Positions 33,130 to 43,913 of a stretch of DNA of 64,000 nucleotides are shown here, piece by piece; within the stretch, counting starts at the first letter, position 1, and every line of letters begins with the position of its first letter. The DNA is from Alphaproteobacteria bacterium (GTDB taxonomy: Bacteria > Pseudomonadota > Alphaproteobacteria > Rickettsiales > UBA1997): NCBI GenBank assembly GCA_021151765.1, contig JAGKWR010000002.1, positions 49,918 through 113,917 of the forward strand, in the 5' to 3' direction. The translations under genes and the position numbers were made by a program. The notes under the pieces were generated by a model, which saw only the letters and a program-made list of their open reading frames with translations, was not told the DNA's origin and searched no databases.

Positions 33130-34281
33130 TTACAAATCCAAAACCGTAAAGCGATTACGCGTAAATTTTGCGTGGAGCACGCAGCTTTGATATTGTTGAT
33201 TGGAAAGATGCAAAGATTTGGCCGTAAATTTAATTGCAAAATGCTTGAAAACTTTACGCAGTTTTTCTTGATCAAGGTGAATAAGGCGCAGCTCTTTTTT
33301 TAGACTTTCCCAATTAAATTTTTGCGACACAAGTTTAAGCTTCTGCTCATATTCAGCACGACATTGCGCATTAACTTTAGCGGAAAAGAAATTACTCATT
33401 TTATCGCTTTTGATGATTTCAATTTCTTTGCAGCTTAACAATTTTTTTTGCAACTCAGATGAAGTGAACGTAGTCACGGCAATCATTTCTCCGTGCAGTT
33501 TATTCAAAGCAACTTTTGGATATTTCATTTCAATAGTGTGAGCAATCATATGCTCTGATTGACTCGCCGGATATGAACCATTGGCAATTGTCATTCCTTG
33601 CCCTGACAACAACAAAATTTCGGTTAATAATTGAATAAATTTGTCGTCACGCAACGAAAATTTGTGATAATTTTTCAACAATAATTCCATCTTTGCAGAC
33701 AGCATTTGGAAGGGCTGGTCGCTGAAATAAGTATTGTAAATTTTGTGCGACAAATACCAATCAAACCAACAGCTGTAAAAACACAAACTATCGCCAATTC
33801 CGGCTTTGGTAAGTCTTGTGGGCGCTGATTTTAAAATTCTGACATCGCAAAAAACCGCTTCTGGCAAAGTTGCTGGCAAAGTTTTTTTGTGACGTGAAAT
33901 AGTAATCGAAGCGTTGCGCGACAAATATCCGTTCATCGACAAAGCTGAAGCGATAATCGCGTAAGGAATATTGCGCTGCGCTGAAGTATATTTGCACAAA
34001 TCGTTAATTGTGCCGCTACCCAAAGCGATGATCAAATCAACATCGTGCAAATTTTTGGCGATTTTTTGCAGGTTTTTTTCATCCGGATGCGGATTTTTCA
34101 AAATCAAAGTTCGATAATTTTGCGGCAAAAAATCTTGCGCGAAAAAGCGTGAACAATTCTTCCAAATCTTTTCATCCGTGACAAAAAGCACTTTTTTACG
34201 AATTTTCCCCTGAATTTTACTCGCCAAAAAATTTGCGAAATCTTGAGTGAAATTATCTGAAATTCTTACTCGATCGTGCAT
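33130..34281 (-). CDS. sn-glycerol-1-phosphate dehydrogenase (AraM/EgsA)-like protein of the dehydroquinate-synthase/iron-ADH superfamily
   Basis: The 'IIALGSGTINDLCKY....IPYAIIASALSMNGYLS' sequence matches the GGG..D..K...P..PT..S.DG motif of the G1PDH/DHQS-like fold. Confidence 0.55.
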   Translation of the reverse strand: MHDRVRISDNFTQDFANFLASKIQGKIRKKVLFVTDEKIWKNCSRFFAQDFLPQNYRTLILKNPHPDEKNLQKIAKNLHDVDLIIALGSGTINDLCKYTSAQRNIPYAIIASALSMNGYLSRNASITISRHKKTLPATLPEAVFCDVRILKSAPTRLTKAGIGDSLCFYSCWFDWYLSHKIYNTYFSDQPFQMLSAKMELLLKNYHKFSLRDDKFIQLLTEILLLSGQGMTIANGSYPASQSEHMIAHTIEMKYPKVALNKLHGEMIAVTTFTSSELQKKLLSCKEIEIIKSDKMSNFFSAKVNAQCRAEYEQKLKLVSQKFNWESLKKELRLIHLDQEKLRKVFKHFAIKFTAKSLHLSNQQYQSCVLHAKFTRNRFTVLDL

Positions 34282-34371
34282 GAAAATGAAAAAACTTGTT
34301 AGATAAAATTGCCTTTATATTTTGCGCGCTCTCTTTACAAAGCCCTCGCTTTCAAATCAAACTTAATTACA

Positions 34372-34737
34372 ATGGAAAATCTACAACTATTCCTGCTTAT
34401 TTTGCAGGTTATCATCGCTGTTGCCATGATTGTTTTGGTTCTAATTCAAAAATCTGACGGAGATTCTTTAAGCGGAATTGGCGGCGGTTCTGGTGGTTTA
34501 AACTCAGTTATGTCAAGCAAAGCTTCTGCAAATATTTTAACCAAAATCACTATGGTTTTGATTGGATTATTTATGTTGAATTGCTTGGTTTTGGCTTCAA
34601 TTTCCAACGCTAAAAAGAAGGAAATCCAACAACAGCTTGAAAAAACTATTCAAGAGCAAGAACAAAATGCTACACCTGAAGCCTCACCTTCACAAGTTCC
34701 AGCTCAAAAAACTCCTTCTGCTCCAAAGGTTAATTAA
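34372..34737 (+). CDS. secG: Preprotein translocase subunit SecG (start taken at MENLQ)
   Basis: It has two TM helices with a Gly-rich loop 'SLSGIGGGSGGLN' and a low-complexity C-terminal tail. Confidence 0.75.
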   Translation: MENLQLFLLILQVIIAVAMIVLVLIQKSDGDSLSGIGGGSGGLNSVMSSKASANILTKITMVLIGLFMLNCLVLASISNAKKKEIQQQLEKTIQEQEQNATPEASPSQVPAQKTPSAPKVN

Positions 34738-34755
34738 TCCTAATTTTAAATTATA

Positions 34756-35856
34756 ATGAAAGTTACAGCCCTAAACCAAACTCATCGCGATCAAGGCGCA
34801 AAAATGGTTGAGTTCGCTGGCTACGATATGCCAGTTCAATATGCAGATGGTATGTTGAAAGAACATGAATGGACTCGCTCTGGCAATGTCGGCATTTTCG
34901 ACGTTTCACACATGGGTCAATTCTTCATCGAAGGTGCTGAAGTTGTGAAATTTTTGTCACACATCACGCCAACTGATTTTTCTTTGAGCACTCCAAATTT
35001 GGCGAAATACACTGTTTTGACCAACCCAGAAGGCGGCATTATTGATGATTTGATCATCACTAAATTAACCGACACTAAATTCTTCATCGTGTTGAACGCC
35101 GGCTGCAAAGAAAAAGATTCAGCTTGGATTAGAAAAAATCTTCCAGCCGACATCACTTTCACTGAACTTTCTGATCGTTCATTGATCGCAGTTCAAGGCG
35201 GAAAAGCAGAAGAAATTTTGAACAAATTTTTAGCTGCCGGAAACTTGGCTGAATTGCCTTACATGAATATTGGTTTCTTCAAATTGAAATCTGGCGAAGA
35301 AGTTTTCATCAGCCGCACCGGCTACACTGGTGAAGATGGTTTTGAAGTTTCAATTCCAAATTCAGCTGCGGCGAAATTCTGGCTTGATCTTTCTGCATTG
35401 TCAGAAGTGAAACCAATCGGTCTTGGCGCTCGTGATTCACTTCGTTTAGAAATGGGTTATCCGCTTTACGGACATGATTTGGACGACACAACTTCACCAA
35501 TCGAAGCCGCATTGGGTTGGGTTGTTAGCAAAACTAATACAACTTTCATCGGCGCTGATCGCGTTTTGAAAGAAAAAGCTGAAGGTGTTAAACGCAAAAG
35601 AATCGGTGTAAAATTGCTTGATCGCGGTATTGCTCGCGAAGGCACTGAAATCAGAAAAGACGGCGTTAAAATCGGCTTTTTATCAAGCGGTGGTTTTTCA
35701 CCAAATTTAAAAGTTTCAATTGGTCAAGGTTACTTCGACACTTCTTTAGCGAAAGTTGGAGATGCGGTAGTTGCAGTAGTTAGAGATCGTGAAATTCCAG
35801 CGGTTCTAACTTCGCCAGTTTTTGTCGAAGCCAAAACCAAATCAGTTAAGAAATAA
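34756..35856 (+). CDS. gcvT: Glycine cleavage system T protein (aminomethyltransferase)
   Basis: Its 366-aa length, 'GYTGEDGFE' motif and position upstream of gcvH all fit. Confidence 0.9.
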   Translation: MKVTALNQTHRDQGAKMVEFAGYDMPVQYADGMLKEHEWTRSGNVGIFDVSHMGQFFIEGAEVVKFLSHITPTDFSLSTPNLAKYTVLTNPEGGIIDDLIITKLTDTKFFIVLNAGCKEKDSAWIRKNLPADITFTELSDRSLIAVQGGKAEEILNKFLAAGNLAELPYMNIGFFKLKSGEEVFISRTGYTGEDGFEVSIPNSAAAKFWLDLSALSEVKPIGLGARDSLRLEMGYPLYGHDLDDTTSPIEAALGWVVSKTNTTFIGADRVLKEKAEGVKRKRIGVKLLDRGIAREGTEIRKDGVKIGFLSSGGFSPNLKVSIGQGYFDTSLAKVGDAVVAVVRDREIPAVLTSPVFVEAKTKSVKK

Positions 35857-35883
35857 TTAATAACATTAAAATAAGGTAAAATT

Positions 35884-36249
35884 ATGAAATTTACTAAAGA
35901 CCACGAATGGATCAAAGTTGAAGGCGATGTTGCTACAATCGGTATCACCGAATATGCAGCTGAAGCTTTGGGCGAATTAGTTTACGTTGAATTGCCAAAA
36001 GTTGGCAACACTTACAAAGTTCACGATGCTTTCGCGGTTGTTGAATCTTCAAAATCTGCAAGTGACGTTTACATTCCAGTTGCTGGCGAAGTTGTTTCGG
36101 TTAACGAAGCTTTGTCTTCTCAACCAGAATTAGTTAACAACTCTTCTTACGAGAATGGTTGGATTGCTAAAGTTAAAATGAGCAACGCTGCTGATTTAGC
36201 TGATGCAATGGATGAAGCTGCTTACAAAGAATTTTTGAAAAACCAATAA
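35884..36249 (+). CDS. gcvH: Glycine cleavage system H protein
   Basis: The lipoyl-lysine motif 'VESSKSASDVY' (lipoylated Lys underlined by context) is present in a 121-aa product. Confidence 0.92.
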   Translation: MKFTKDHEWIKVEGDVATIGITEYAAEALGELVYVELPKVGNTYKVHDAFAVVESSKSASDVYIPVAGEVVSVNEALSSQPELVNNSSYENGWIAKVKMSNAADLADAMDEAAYKEFLKNQ

Positions 36250-36267
36250 TTCAAGATTCATCATTAC

Positions 36268-36310
36268 AAAAAAAACCGGATTGGGTTTCGAACTCAATCC
36301 GGTTTTTTAT
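36268..36310. terminator. Bidirectional terminator between gcvH and pth
   Basis: The sequence aaaaaaaaccggattgggtt-cg-aactcaatccggtttttt forms a stem with flanking A/T runs. Confidence 0.65.
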
Positions 36311-36319
36311 TGGACGATT

Positions 36320-36889
36320 TTATAGATGAAATTTATTCATAAAACTTTCCACCTTCCCTTCTATCATCTCTTCAATCAAATCAGAAATTTTTAAGTTGGT
36401 TTTTTCAACCGTCTTCATTTCTTCCACGCTAAATCTTCCCAGCACATAATCAGCAGTTTCATATTCTTGATTTTGTGGACGACCAATTCCTAAACGTAAA
36501 CGCCAATAATCTTTACCACAACATTCGTCAATTGAACGCAAGCCGTTGTGTCCAGCGTGTCCACCACCGATTTTAACTTTGACTTTCCCTAAAGGCAGAT
36601 CGAGATCATCGTGAAAAACGATCACATTTTTCAAATCGATTTTGTAAAAATTAATCGCTTCTATCACCGCAGTTCCAGAACGATTCATGTAGGTTTGCGG
36701 CTTAATCGCTAAAACTTTTTGATTAGCAATTGTTCCGCTAAAAACTTCGCTTTTAAACTTTTTGGATTGCGCCGTAAAACCATAATCATCAACGATTTTG
36801 TCGAGCAACAAGAAGCCAAAATTATGGCGCGTTAATTCATATTCAGAGCCAATATTTCCAAGCCCGACCAACAAGAACATAGATTGCAA
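36320..36889 (-). CDS. pth: Peptidyl-tRNA hydrolase
   Basis: The 'LLVGLGNIGSEYELTRHNFGF' N-terminus and 'HNGLRS' motif are present. Confidence 0.9.
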   Translation of the reverse strand: MQSMFLLVGLGNIGSEYELTRHNFGFLLLDKIVDDYGFTAQSKKFKSEVFSGTIANQKVLAIKPQTYMNRSGTAVIEAINFYKIDLKNVIVFHDDLDLPLGKVKVKIGGGHAGHNGLRSIDECCGKDYWRLRLGIGRPQNQEYETADYVLGRFSVEEMKTVEKTNLKISDLIEEMIEGKVESFMNKFHL

Positions 36890-36952
36890 AAATTATTGAA
36901 AGAAATTTAACTGAAGTAATAAGAAAAACTTACGATCAAACTGTTTAATTAA

Positions 36953-38083
36953 ATGCCAAAAAAATCATTATATTTTCTCACATTAGTTTTTTGCGCTTTA
37001 ATTTCTTGCTCAAAAAAGAAGGAAAATATTCCGCCGAAATACATACTTTCAAGCAATCCCAACGTGCAGAAACTTGAACTTGAAGATCATAAATTTTGCG
37101 TCTCGCTTGATTTGAACTCTGGCTCAACCAACAAAAATTTCAGCAATGATCTTTACTGGCATTGCCGTCTTTCCATGGCTAAATATAAACTCAACAGCCA
37201 AGTAAATTCGAATAAATCGATCCTCTACAATACCGAAATTACTAATCTTATCACTAAAATTAGCCAAAACTTGTCTGATGCACGTGAATCTGTTTTTGTC
37301 AAAGAAAACAAAAAAATTGATTCCCGAGATCATCAAAAATGCGTAGAAATGGGCTATAGTTTTAACATGGATGATCGCATCAAAACTGATCAATATTTAT
37401 TGTGTCGCAAAAGATTGATTGATGACGCACAGCTTGATCCTGCTTACGGAATTGACGAATATTTAAAATATCCTAATCGCTCTTACAATTTAAGTTTCGT
37501 GCTCGACACACGCTTAGATATTGAAAATCAGAAATATGCCGAAGCACAAAAAAATTATCCTTATTGCGTAAAATATTTTCGTGATGACGTTCTTTTCAAA
37601 GAGTGTAAAACTGCACAAGACAATTCAAAACAATGCCTGAACGAAGTTGACGCTAAAAAATTTAAAAAAGAATCTGAACAAAAAACTCTTTGTCAAAAAG
37701 CTGCTTACGTAAGATTTCCTGACTATTATTTAAAAGATGTTGATCAGCGTCGTAAAGATATCGAACGTGCCAAAGTTAATGCAGATTTATACAACAACAA
37801 CAGCTTCAGCGCTCTTGGATTAATGCAAGGCGACATCGAGCTTTTCGAACCAGATAAAGTTTTTGAAGCGCAACTTGATGCTGCAGAAAAACAAAAAGCT
37901 TTAGAGAAAAATATTAACTCAAAACGTGGTCTTTACAGCCGTGCGGAGCTCACTAAATTGCGTCAGAAATATATCATCGCTTGTCAGCAAAATACCGAAA
38001 GCGCTATTACCGCTTACGTTGAAAATTTGAAAAAAGATTGCGCTGATATTGCAAACTACAAAGTTAAGGACGAACTTTACTAG
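36953..38083 (+). CDS. Cys-rich repeat lipoprotein of unknown function
   Basis: It has a lipobox (LISC). Internal modules each pair a 'K(F/C)C(V)' with an 'L(L)CR/CQK' about 20-25 aa downstream ('HKFCVSLD...YWHCRL', 'HQKCVEMG...LLCRKRL', 'YPYCVKYF...'). I recognise no family. Confidence 0.45.
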   Translation: MPKKSLYFLTLVFCALISCSKKKENIPPKYILSSNPNVQKLELEDHKFCVSLDLNSGSTNKNFSNDLYWHCRLSMAKYKLNSQVNSNKSILYNTEITNLITKISQNLSDARESVFVKENKKIDSRDHQKCVEMGYSFNMDDRIKTDQYLLCRKRLIDDAQLDPAYGIDEYLKYPNRSYNLSFVLDTRLDIENQKYAEAQKNYPYCVKYFRDDVLFKECKTAQDNSKQCLNEVDAKKFKKESEQKTLCQKAAYVRFPDYYLKDVDQRRKDIERAKVNADLYNNNSFSALGLMQGDIELFEPDKVFEAQLDAAEKQKALEKNINSKRGLYSRAELTKLRQKYIIACQQNTESAITAYVENLKKDCADIANYKVKDELY

Positions 38084-38120
38084 TAACCAAACTAGTTCAA
38101 CACCAATTCTCCTTTTAGAT

Positions 38121-40424
38121 TTATTTTAACAAATCTTCGACCACTGCCAATATTTTGGACTTATCATAAATCTTATCCAAATAATGGCTGGCACCAGCTT
38201 CAAGAGACTTATTTTTGGTATCCTCATCGTTATTGCTGCTGATCACTATGATAGGAATATTAAAGTTTCTAAACTTTTTAAACTGACTTCCTTCTCTAAT
38301 CATTTTAGTCATAGTAATGCCATCTATGATTGGCATTTTTACATCGGTAAAGATCAAATCAAAATCCTTGTTATCCATTAATTCCAAAGCTTCTTGGCCA
38401 TTTTCTACGCTGAAAATTTTGTAGCCGGCATTACGTAAAATACGATCTAAAACTACTCTATTTATTAGTTCATCATCACAAATCATAATAATCCCTTTAT
38501 TGACTCTCTCATCTTTAGAAACTTGTGAATCTTGGCTACTCTGATTTGAATTATCTTTTACCTGATTCAGATCTAAATCAAACCACAGCTTAACTTTTGT
38601 GCCTTCAAATTTTTTTGATTCTATCTCAATTTTCGCTCCAATCGAATGCACCAAGCTTTTAACAATTGGCAGACCAAAACCATGAGAATCAACAACTTTA
38701 GCCAATCCAGTTTTATCAATTTTCGCTCCCTCACCGTCCAAAGCCATCTTGATTTGATTTTGAGTCATACCAATTCCATTATCTATCACCTCAACTTTAA
38801 TCTTATGTTCCGCAAGCACGTGGCTTAACAACACTTTTACTTCAGTATTTTCGTTACTGTATTTGATGGCATTAGTGATAATGTTATCAAAGATACGTCT
38901 TACTACAATTTGATCTGAGCTGATTAAAGGAATTTCATTTTCAAGAATTAAAGAAATTTTAACTGAATGCTTTGCTGCAAAGTTTTGATTGATAAAGATC
39001 AGCTCTTTTAAAACCTCTTTAATACTAAACTCTTCAATCAAGTTTGTTTTTTTCAGATCAATCTTTGGTAAATTAATAGAAAGTAGCTCTTGAGCCATTC
39101 TAAGAATGCCGTCAGATTGTTTAAAAATCATATGAGAATATTTGGAAATCTGCGCTAAATCTTTTTCTTCATTAATCAAATTTGCCAATCCACAAATTCC
39201 AGCAGCATAGTTTCGTAGATCGTGATTAATTGATTTTGTAACTTGCTGCAGATCTTTATTAACTTTACTTAATTGATTCTTTAGCAGTTCTTCTTTTTTG
39301 ACAAACTTCTTAATCGACAAGATTGCTTTGGCTAATTGATTCATCTCAATGCTACTATATTCAGCAATCTCCACTTCATAATTTCCGTCAGCAATACTTT
39401 TTGCAGCTTTTGCAATCACAATAATTGGCTTAACTAAGCTGCTGTACAGCAAAAAGAACAACAGCAAAACTAAAACAACCAAAGAGCAAAAAATAATAAT
39501 ATCATTGAAAACCACTTTATCTATTTCTGCCCTTTCCAACTTTTGGTTATAAATGGTGAAGATTATGTAAGGGTAATCCTTCATTTTATTATAGTAGATT
39601 GAGCCAAAACCTTCATCGCTAAAAACACTTACATCATCGATAAAACCTTTTTCTTTACTGGCGATTTCTAACTTTTTGCTATCCAAATATTTTAGAATTT
39701 CTGCATGGTTAGTTTTAGGAGAAGCGGCAATAAAAGAGCCATCTTTGTGCGTTAAGATAAAACTAACGCCATTAATATTTATAACCTCATTAAACTTTCT
39801 CTCTAAACTGCTAATAACAAAACTTGTAATTACCGATCCCAAATATTTTCCACTTTTATCTACAACACCATAACCAGCGGGAATTGCGTATTTATAGCTA
39901 TAAATTCCATAAACTGGTTTTCCCAACTGTATCTTAAGAGGATTAGAAACTGTTAGAGGTATGTAATCGCGATCTAACAAATATAACTGCTTATCTAAAT
40001 GTAATCCTTTGTTGCTCGAAACAATAAAACGAAACTTATCATTAGCCCAAGCAAAAGTACTGAATTGCATTATTCGATTATCAGGAATTCTATAACTGAC
40101 CAACAATCTTTTTATAAATTCATAATCATTCCACTTCTTGTTATCGACAATTTGTCTGGCGATAAAGTTCATGGAATGCTCGGTATACTCAATTGCATCG
40201 ATGAATGTATTTTCAATTCTTCCTGACTGATTTTCTAAATTCTGATATATAGTACTTTTGATGTTGTAGTAATATTTGGCAAACAGACCAAAATAAATTA
40301 CAGAACTGAGAATAACAAAAAATGTGATGTAGATGACAAACTTTCTAGAAATTGAAAAAGGTCTTTTGAGAAATTTTAATAACCTTCTGATTTTCATAGA
40401 ATCATCTCGAATTACTAACATCAT
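38121..40424 (-). CDS. Hybrid sensor histidine kinase (periplasmic sensor between 2 TM, HisKA, HATPase_c, C-terminal receiver)
   Basis: Two TM helices flank a roughly 260-aa periplasmic domain. The H-box is 'INHDLRNYAAGI', the G-boxes include 'VIDNGIGM...GFGLPIV', and the receiver domain is 'IIMICDDE...DLIFTDVKMPIIDG'. Confidence 0.85.
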   Translation of the reverse strand: MMLVIRDDSMKIRRLLKFLKRPFSISRKFVIYITFFVILSSVIYFGLFAKYYYNIKSTIYQNLENQSGRIENTFIDAIEYTEHSMNFIARQIVDNKKWNDYEFIKRLLVSYRIPDNRIMQFSTFAWANDKFRFIVSSNKGLHLDKQLYLLDRDYIPLTVSNPLKIQLGKPVYGIYSYKYAIPAGYGVVDKSGKYLGSVITSFVISSLERKFNEVININGVSFILTHKDGSFIAASPKTNHAEILKYLDSKKLEIASKEKGFIDDVSVFSDEGFGSIYYNKMKDYPYIIFTIYNQKLERAEIDKVVFNDIIIFCSLVVLVLLLFFLLYSSLVKPIIVIAKAAKSIADGNYEVEIAEYSSIEMNQLAKAILSIKKFVKKEELLKNQLSKVNKDLQQVTKSINHDLRNYAAGICGLANLINEEKDLAQISKYSHMIFKQSDGILRMAQELLSINLPKIDLKKTNLIEEFSIKEVLKELIFINQNFAAKHSVKISLILENEIPLISSDQIVVRRIFDNIITNAIKYSNENTEVKVLLSHVLAEHKIKVEVIDNGIGMTQNQIKMALDGEGAKIDKTGLAKVVDSHGFGLPIVKSLVHSIGAKIEIESKKFEGTKVKLWFDLDLNQVKDNSNQSSQDSQVSKDERVNKGIIMICDDELINRVVLDRILRNAGYKIFSVENGQEALELMDNKDFDLIFTDVKMPIIDGITMTKMIREGSQFKKFRNFNIPIIVISSNNDEDTKNKSLEAGASHYLDKIYDKSKILAVVEDLLK

Positions 40425-41688
40425 TAGAATTCTCTTTGGCTCGAGATCTCGACCTCATAACTTCCCTAATTTGCAGCTCTCCAGCCCACGCTTCTTCTAG
40501 TATTTTTGTATCCTCTAACGAAGGACGACGATTTTGATCATAAGGTAAATATAGCACATCAGATTCAGGAAGAGAAAGATCATATCTTGGAGATGATAAT
40601 AAAGATAAAATAGTTTTAGTTGTACTTGTGCTATCATGTATTGCCTTTGCGTAACTTTCGAGTCCGTGTCCCAAAAAGTTATGTTTCAAAACATCTGATT
40701 TATCAAAATATAACTCTTTAACTTTACCAGCACCAAATATGTACATAGATTCATTACGACCTAATCTAACAGATTTGAATATTTCCGGTCTGTAAAGAAG
40801 AGAATTACAATGAAAATTATTAAAATCCGCCTCTGGCTTAGCAGTTCCCATATCCATAACTGATCGAATATTCAATACACTGATACGGTCTAGTCTTCTG
40901 ACTTCAGCATCCCCAAAATCAGTATAATCTTTTTCTGTGATATCACCAAGATCGATAGTGCCTTGTTCCACAGCTGTCAAAATTTCTTTAGAAACTTTTT
41001 TGCCTCTCCAATTAACCGGACTACCAATATTAACCACAGCCACTTTTTCAAAATATCTTTGAATCAAAGAAGGATTTTTACCTTCTTTATCCAAAGATTG
41101 CGCAATCTTATCATACAAAAAATTGATGTGAGATATGTTCTCACGATGTCCAATACTAAAGCCAACTAAAAGCAAATTCTGAACTTTTCTAGGATCTTTT
41201 AACTTACCATCAGTAAAGAATCTTTTTTCTAAGACTTGTTTAAAGAAATTCTGTGACTCTTCTTCGTTTACGTAAGACTCGTCGTAATAATATGGCAGAC
41301 CTTTTCTAAACCTTTCTTGTCTACCTTCGGAGTCTCTCAAAGAACTATAAACCGCAACTTCATCTTTGTATAATAAATGAGAAATCGGCTCATATGATTC
41401 AAATAAACTCTTCTCTGATCCACCACCACCTAAACCACAAGAAAGCACGATCGAAAAATGATTACTAATATCGGTTGAATCTAATATCTCAGATTTTCCT
41501 GCTTTATCAAAAGTAACGACTTTGCCAGCAAGGATATTGGGTTTACCCTCTTTTATCTTTTGGGGAGATTTACCTACACCAAGAGTATTATCTCTAATCA
41601 ATTCTACTACATTCGGGGTCACAAAAGAACTACGACGCGCTAATGTTGCAAAGGATCTTATACTAATAATATTAGGTGGTTTCATCAT
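40402..41688 (-). CDS. Hypothetical 428-aa protein with a GxSxG (GFSIG) motif; no recognisable family
   Basis: It is a long ORF with even amino-acid composition, no TM segment and no signal peptide. The 'LLLVGFSIGH' lipase/esterase-like nucleophile elbow is only weak evidence. Confidence 0.45.
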   Translation of the reverse strand: MMKPPNIISIRSFATLARRSSFVTPNVVELIRDNTLGVGKSPQKIKEGKPNILAGKVVTFDKAGKSEILDSTDISNHFSIVLSCGLGGGGSEKSLFESYEPISHLLYKDEVAVYSSLRDSEGRQERFRKGLPYYYDESYVNEEESQNFFKQVLEKRFFTDGKLKDPRKVQNLLLVGFSIGHRENISHINFLYDKIAQSLDKEGKNPSLIQRYFEKVAVVNIGSPVNWRGKKVSKEILTAVEQGTIDLGDITEKDYTDFGDAEVRRLDRISVLNIRSVMDMGTAKPEADFNNFHCNSLLYRPEIFKSVRLGRNESMYIFGAGKVKELYFDKSDVLKHNFLGHGLESYAKAIHDSTSTTKTILSLLSSPRYDLSLPESDVLYLPYDQNRRPSLEDTKILEEAWAGELQIREVMRSRSRAKENSNDVSNSR

Positions 41689-41836
41689 TAAAAATTATAA
41701 AAATTATGACTCAGTTTAATTGAACTAACATGTTACTACTTTGAATCATAGGTAATTCTTTTACTAATCTTGGGCTGTCTTTTCCAATGAAAAACTCAAC
41801 CACTTGATTTTGCAAAAATTCATTACGGCTGATTTT

Positions 41837-42793
41837 TTATGACATTGCCAACATTTTACGCAAAGGCTCTTCGGCTTTCACTCGCAAAGCTTCGTCAAGT
41901 TGTAATTCTCCGCCACTTGGCGATTTGTCGCCATATTTTAAAACTAGGTAAAGCTTCTCTAAAGTGTTAAGCTGCATGTGCGGACAATTGTTGCACATCG
42001 TACAACCAGCACGATCTTCAAAATAGCATTCATAGAACTTTCCGGTCGGATTATCACGTTGCATTTGATGAATGATGTGCGGCTCAGTTAGAACAATAAA
42101 TTCATCACCTTGATGTTGCGTCGCAAATTTCAAAAGCGCTGAAGTTGAGCCAATGTGATGAGCGTACGCCAACAAATGTTGCGGACATTCCGGATGCGCA
42201 ATCACCTTAGCATTTGGATGATTCGCGATCAATTTCACCAATTCTTTCTCGCTGAATTGCTCGTGCACCATACAAGATCCGTTCCACAAAATCATTTTGC
42301 GGCCAGTCACTTTTTCTAAATAACGACCCAAATGTTGATCCGGCGCGAAGATAATTTCACGATCCGCGGGAATTTGTTCGATAATTTTTTTAGCGTTAGA
42401 AGACGTAACGATAATATCTGACAAAGCTTTGATATCGGCGGAACAATTAATGTAGCTTGCAACCAAAGCTTGCGGATGTTTTTTCTTAAACTCGGCAAAT
42501 GGCGCTGGTTGGCAAGAATCTTCCAAACTGCAACCTGCTTTCAAATCTGGCACCAAAACTTTTTTGGAAGGCGACAAAATTTTCGCCACTTCCGCCATAA
42601 ATTTTACGCCACAAAACACGATTGTATCCGCATCAGTTGCCGCAGCATTGCGCGATAAATCAAGTGAATCGCCAACGAAATCAGCAATATCTTGGATTTC
42701 GCCATCTTGATAATAATGCGCCAAAATCACGGCGTTTTGTTCTTTTTTTAAACGAAGAATTTCTTCTTCCAAATTATGAGGAATTGCAAACAT
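41837..42793 (-). CDS. nadA: Quinolinate synthase A
   Basis: The conserved Cys ligands ('CMVHEQF', '[10 protein letters not shown]'), the 'ILAHYYQ' start and the 318-aa length all fit. Confidence 0.9.
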   Translation of the reverse strand: MFAIPHNLEEEILRLKKEQNAVILAHYYQDGEIQDIADFVGDSLDLSRNAAATDADTIVFCGVKFMAEVAKILSPSKKVLVPDLKAGCSLEDSCQPAPFAEFKKKHPQALVASYINCSADIKALSDIIVTSSNAKKIIEQIPADREIIFAPDQHLGRYLEKVTGRKMILWNGSCMVHEQFSEKELVKLIANHPNAKVIAHPECPQHLLAYAHHIGSTSALLKFATQHQGDEFIVLTEPHIIHQMQRDNPTGKFYECYFEDRAGCTMCNNCPHMQLNTLEKLYLVLKYGDKSPSGGELQLDEALRVKAEEPLRKMLAMS

Positions 42794-42795
42794 GG

Positions 42796-43785
42796 TTATA
42801 ATCCAACGATTTCAAAAACTTCTTTTTTAGTTTGAGCGGCAATCGCTCTTGCTTGTTCTCTGCCTTGATCAAGAACTTGACGAACATAAGTTTGGTCTTG
42901 CTTGAAGCGTCTTAAATTTTCTTGAATTGGGCGTAATTTTTCGATCAAACTTTCGGCTAAATCATTTTTAAATTTACCGTTGCCAGCAGTTTCATATTCT
43001 TGCGCTAAATCTTGTGGCGACTTATTGGCCGCCGCCGAGAAAATATTTAACAAGTTGCACATTTCCAAACGCGACTCGTCAAAATTGATTGTTGGCAATG
43101 AATCGGTTTTGGCCTTTTTAATTTTTTTCAAAATCAAATCAGCGTCGTCATTTAAATTGATGCGCGATAAATCTGATTCATCAGACTTGCTCATTTTCTT
43201 AGCGCCATCTTGCAAAGACATGATGCGTTTGACTTCTTTGACAATCATCGGCTCCGGCAATTTAAAGTATTCGCAACCAAAACGACGATTAAAAGCGCCG
43301 GCAATGTCGCGAGTAAGTTCAAGATGCTGTTTTTGATCTTCGCCAACCGGCACAATATCGGCGCGGTAAAGCAAAATGTCGGCAGCCATTAAAACTGGGT
43401 AAGAGTAAAGACCGAGATTTTCATCTTTTGCTGATTTCTCTTTAAACTGCGTCATACGATTGAGCCATCCCATCGGCGTCAAAGTGCCAAAAACCCAGGC
43501 CAATTCTGCATGTTCAGCCACTTCGCTTTGAACAAATAACGTAACTTTTTTGGGATCTAAACCACAAGCCAAGTAAACCGCAGCAGCGTCAATCACGTTT
43601 TGACGCAGTTCGCGCGGATCTTGCGGCAAAGTAATAGCGTGCAAATTCATCACGCCGAACACGCATTTGTGCTGATCTTGCAAATCAATCCAATTTGCAA
43701 TCGAACCTAAGTAATTTCCCAAATGCAGATTTCCTGTCGGCTGAATTCCAGATAAAACAGTTTTCATAATTTGATTTGATTTCAA
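42796..43785 (-). CDS. trpS: Tryptophanyl-tRNA synthetase
   Basis: Class I motifs are '[14 protein letters not shown]' (HIGH-like) and 'KMSKS' ('KKMSKSD'). Confidence 0.92.
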   Translation of the reverse strand: MKSNQIMKTVLSGIQPTGNLHLGNYLGSIANWIDLQDQHKCVFGVMNLHAITLPQDPRELRQNVIDAAAVYLACGLDPKKVTLFVQSEVAEHAELAWVFGTLTPMGWLNRMTQFKEKSAKDENLGLYSYPVLMAADILLYRADIVPVGEDQKQHLELTRDIAGAFNRRFGCEYFKLPEPMIVKEVKRIMSLQDGAKKMSKSDESDLSRINLNDDADLILKKIKKAKTDSLPTINFDESRLEMCNLLNIFSAAANKSPQDLAQEYETAGNGKFKNDLAESLIEKLRPIQENLRRFKQDQTYVRQVLDQGREQARAIAAQTKKEVFEIVGL

Positions 43786-43913
43786 TTTTGAAGGGCGCGC
43801 ACTCTAATTTCGTGATCTTGTAAGGCAACAAAGCTTTTTTAAAATCAGTTCAATTTGGTTGAAAAATTGCAATCTCTTTCAAATGGCTTTGCAAATCTAT
43901 TTCCCGCGACAAA

